Positions 25,568 through 26,869 of a stretch of DNA of 26,869 nucleotides are shown in pieces. This DNA is from Candidatus Micrarchaeaceae archaeon (GTDB taxonomy: Archaea > Micrarchaeota > Micrarchaeia > Micrarchaeales > CABMGC01). Where the stretch lies: NCBI GenBank assembly GCA_038878295.1, contig JAVZVY010000010.1:1-26869 (forward strand), given 5' to 3'. Position numbers and translations under genes: made by a program. The notes under the pieces were generated by a model. The model was given only the letters and a program-made list of their open reading frames with translations, did no database searches and was not told where the DNA came from. Position 1 is the stretch's first letter; the number at the start of each line of letters is the position of its first letter.

Positions 25568-26050
25568 ATGAAAACGCAGAGCGCTGTCGAATATCTAGTT
25601 ACTTATGGCTGGATGTTTCTGATAGTCGCTGCTGTGCTTGCCGCCATGTTTGCGCTCGGGCTCTTTAATCCAAGCGCTTATAGCGGCCAGGAATGCGTGC
25701 TCGAAGCTGGATTCAGCTGCGTAAACTATTATATGGCATCAAATGGCCTGCTAACGATAGACATAGAGCAAGTAACTTCAGAGCCGATAAACGTAACCGC
25801 GATAGGCTGCAACGAGAATTCAACTTCTATAAAAATGGGCACTGTTTATTCGCCGGCATCCAATGAGATAGCAATGCCTATCGGATCATCATATACGTTC
25901 AATGTTGAATGCTACGATCAGTATGGAAATCCCGTCTCTTTGCCAGTAGGAAGCATGTTTTCAGGGAGCATAATTTTGAATTATACTAATACGCTTACCG
26001 GCTTTCCGAATATAATGTTCGGCAGGATACTTGTCAGGGTTTCCAGGTAA
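25568..26050 (+). CDS. Archaeal type IV pilin-like protein (class III signal peptide)
   Basis: MKT-QSAVEYLVTYGWMFLIVAAVLAAMFALGLFNP with Q+1 and E+5, followed by C-x7-C and IGC motifs. Confidence 0.85.
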   Translation: MKTQSAVEYLVTYGWMFLIVAAVLAAMFALGLFNPSAYSGQECVLEAGFSCVNYYMASNGLLTIDIEQVTSEPINVTAIGCNENSTSIKMGTVYSPASNEIAMPIGSSYTFNVECYDQYGNPVSLPVGSMFSGSIILNYTNTLTGFPNIMFGRILVRVSR

Positions 26051-26103
26051 GTATAGTAAATTTTTTAATTCTGCCTGTGCATATTATCTGGCATGTTGGT
26101 TGC

Positions 26104-26388
26104 ATGGCTAAGAAGAAGACGGCTCTCAAACAGGAATTAGAAAAATTCAGGAGGACCCAGGAGATAAATAGCATACTTGCTAGAGGCGACGCGCAGAGCA
26201 GGGCGCTCCTTGAAACTGCTGGCGAAGGGAATGCTGTGCCTTCAGAGGAGATACACGCCGCAAACATACTTGAAAATTATGGCGGGGAAAAAGAGCAGGT
26301 GCGCATAGGCAAAACAAAGCCAAAGGCAAAGGCGGCTATAAAAAGGCCTGCGTACAAAGCTAAGCCAAAGGAGAAGAAGAAAAGGTAG
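26104..26388 (+). CDS. Small hypothetical protein with Lys-rich tail
   Basis: The ORF fills the gap between the pilin and the convergent gene, with purine-rich coding-like composition. No family recognised. Confidence 0.6.
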   Translation: MAKKKTALKQELEKFRRTQEINSILARGDAQSRALLETAGEGNAVPSEEIHAANILENYGGEKEQVRIGKTKPKAKAAIKRPAYKAKPKEKKKR

Positions 26389-26410
26389 AGATAGAAAGCG
26401 CGCGTACAGG

Positions 26411-26869
26411 TTAGGCCTCGTCCTGATTATTTTCAGACTCTTTCTTATGCGGTCCTTTACCTATCGAAAGCTTCACTCCGGAAGGGTCCCTTGTTATTGT
26501 TATGTCGAGATTGTCGCTTCCGAGCATGCGTCTAAGCTCGTCGTATGTATAGGAGCCTATGTCCTTGACTGGTTTGCTCTTTATTATTTCGGCCCTCTTT
26601 TCTATGAGCGAGTCTCTTTTTATAGGCGTGTAAATTAGGCTCAGCTTCGGAGATTCGGCGCCATAAATGTCCTCTATGCCAAGCTCTATAGGCTTGTAGC
26701 CTTCGCTTTGATATATGAAAGGCAGCACCGCTTCGAACTCCTCCTTTATGCCTTTGACAACCCTCTCTACAGCATCTTTGTCGCCAGCTATGACAAAGTC
26801 GTCGCTGTTTAGGAAGCCCACAAATGCTCCAGAATTGGCTTCTGCAACATTGTCTTGAAGAAGCTGGGA
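26411..26869 (-). CDS. C-terminal part of a degenerate GGDEF-like protein (5'-truncated by window edge)
   Basis: The frame stays open from 26869 (SQLLQDNVAEANSGAF-VGFLNSDDFVI...). FVGFLNSDDFVI aligns with FxGHxGGDDFVV, and EEFEAVLPFIY..EDIYGAESPKLSL aligns with the region that follows that motif. Confidence 0.6.
   Translation of the reverse strand, partial: SQLLQDNVAEANSGAFVGFLNSDDFVIAGDKDAVERVVKGIKEEFEAVLPFIYQSEGYKPIELGIEDIYGAESPKLSLIYTPIKRDSLIEKRAEIIKSKPVKDIGSYTYDELRRMLGSDNLDITITRDPSGVKLSIGKGPHKKESENNQDEA

Noticed and set aside
1..26869. CRISPR array, transposase, integrase or att site at either tRNA
   Set aside because: I saw no regularly spaced repeats, recombinase motifs or duplicated tRNA 3' ends.

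Overview
Gene-dense archaeal chromosomal segment with about 31 CDS and 2 tRNA genes; I saw no mobile element or CRISPR array. RpoE'/Spt4, fibrillarin, archaeal GluRS, GGGP synthase and archease make it archaeal. The 'QSAxEYLxTYGW' pilin, Cys-repeat surface protein, abutting or overlapping genes and a tRNA with non-canonical introns suggest a DPANN lineage, probably Micrarchaeota (inference, not tested). Content is mostly RNA processing and translation: TruD, RNase Z, a half-length Rqc2/NFACT, a free-standing ThrRS editing domain, GluRS, RtcB plus archease, fibrillarin and a PIN nuclease. It also has ether-lipid enzymes (GGGP synthase, tetraether synthase Tes), a B12-binding mutase subunit with MeaB, a KaiC-like ATPase, a DHH nuclease, NAD kinase and an FKBP. 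Highlights: (1) a tRNA-Ser(CGA) at the window start with a perfect bulge-helix-bulge intron in the T-loop (59/60) and the end of a second intron (30/31); it overlaps truD antisense so that the truD stop codon lies in the intron loop; (2) intact Tes plus GGGPS in a probable DPANN cell, with a small HMA-like gene tightly coupled to tes; (3) several altered or split proteins: an editing domain with its key Lys and Glu replaced, next to tRNA-Val; N-half-only Rqc2; a pseudo-proline dehydrogenase; and a degenerate GGDEF protein. All family assignments rest on motif recognition by eye; no searches were run.
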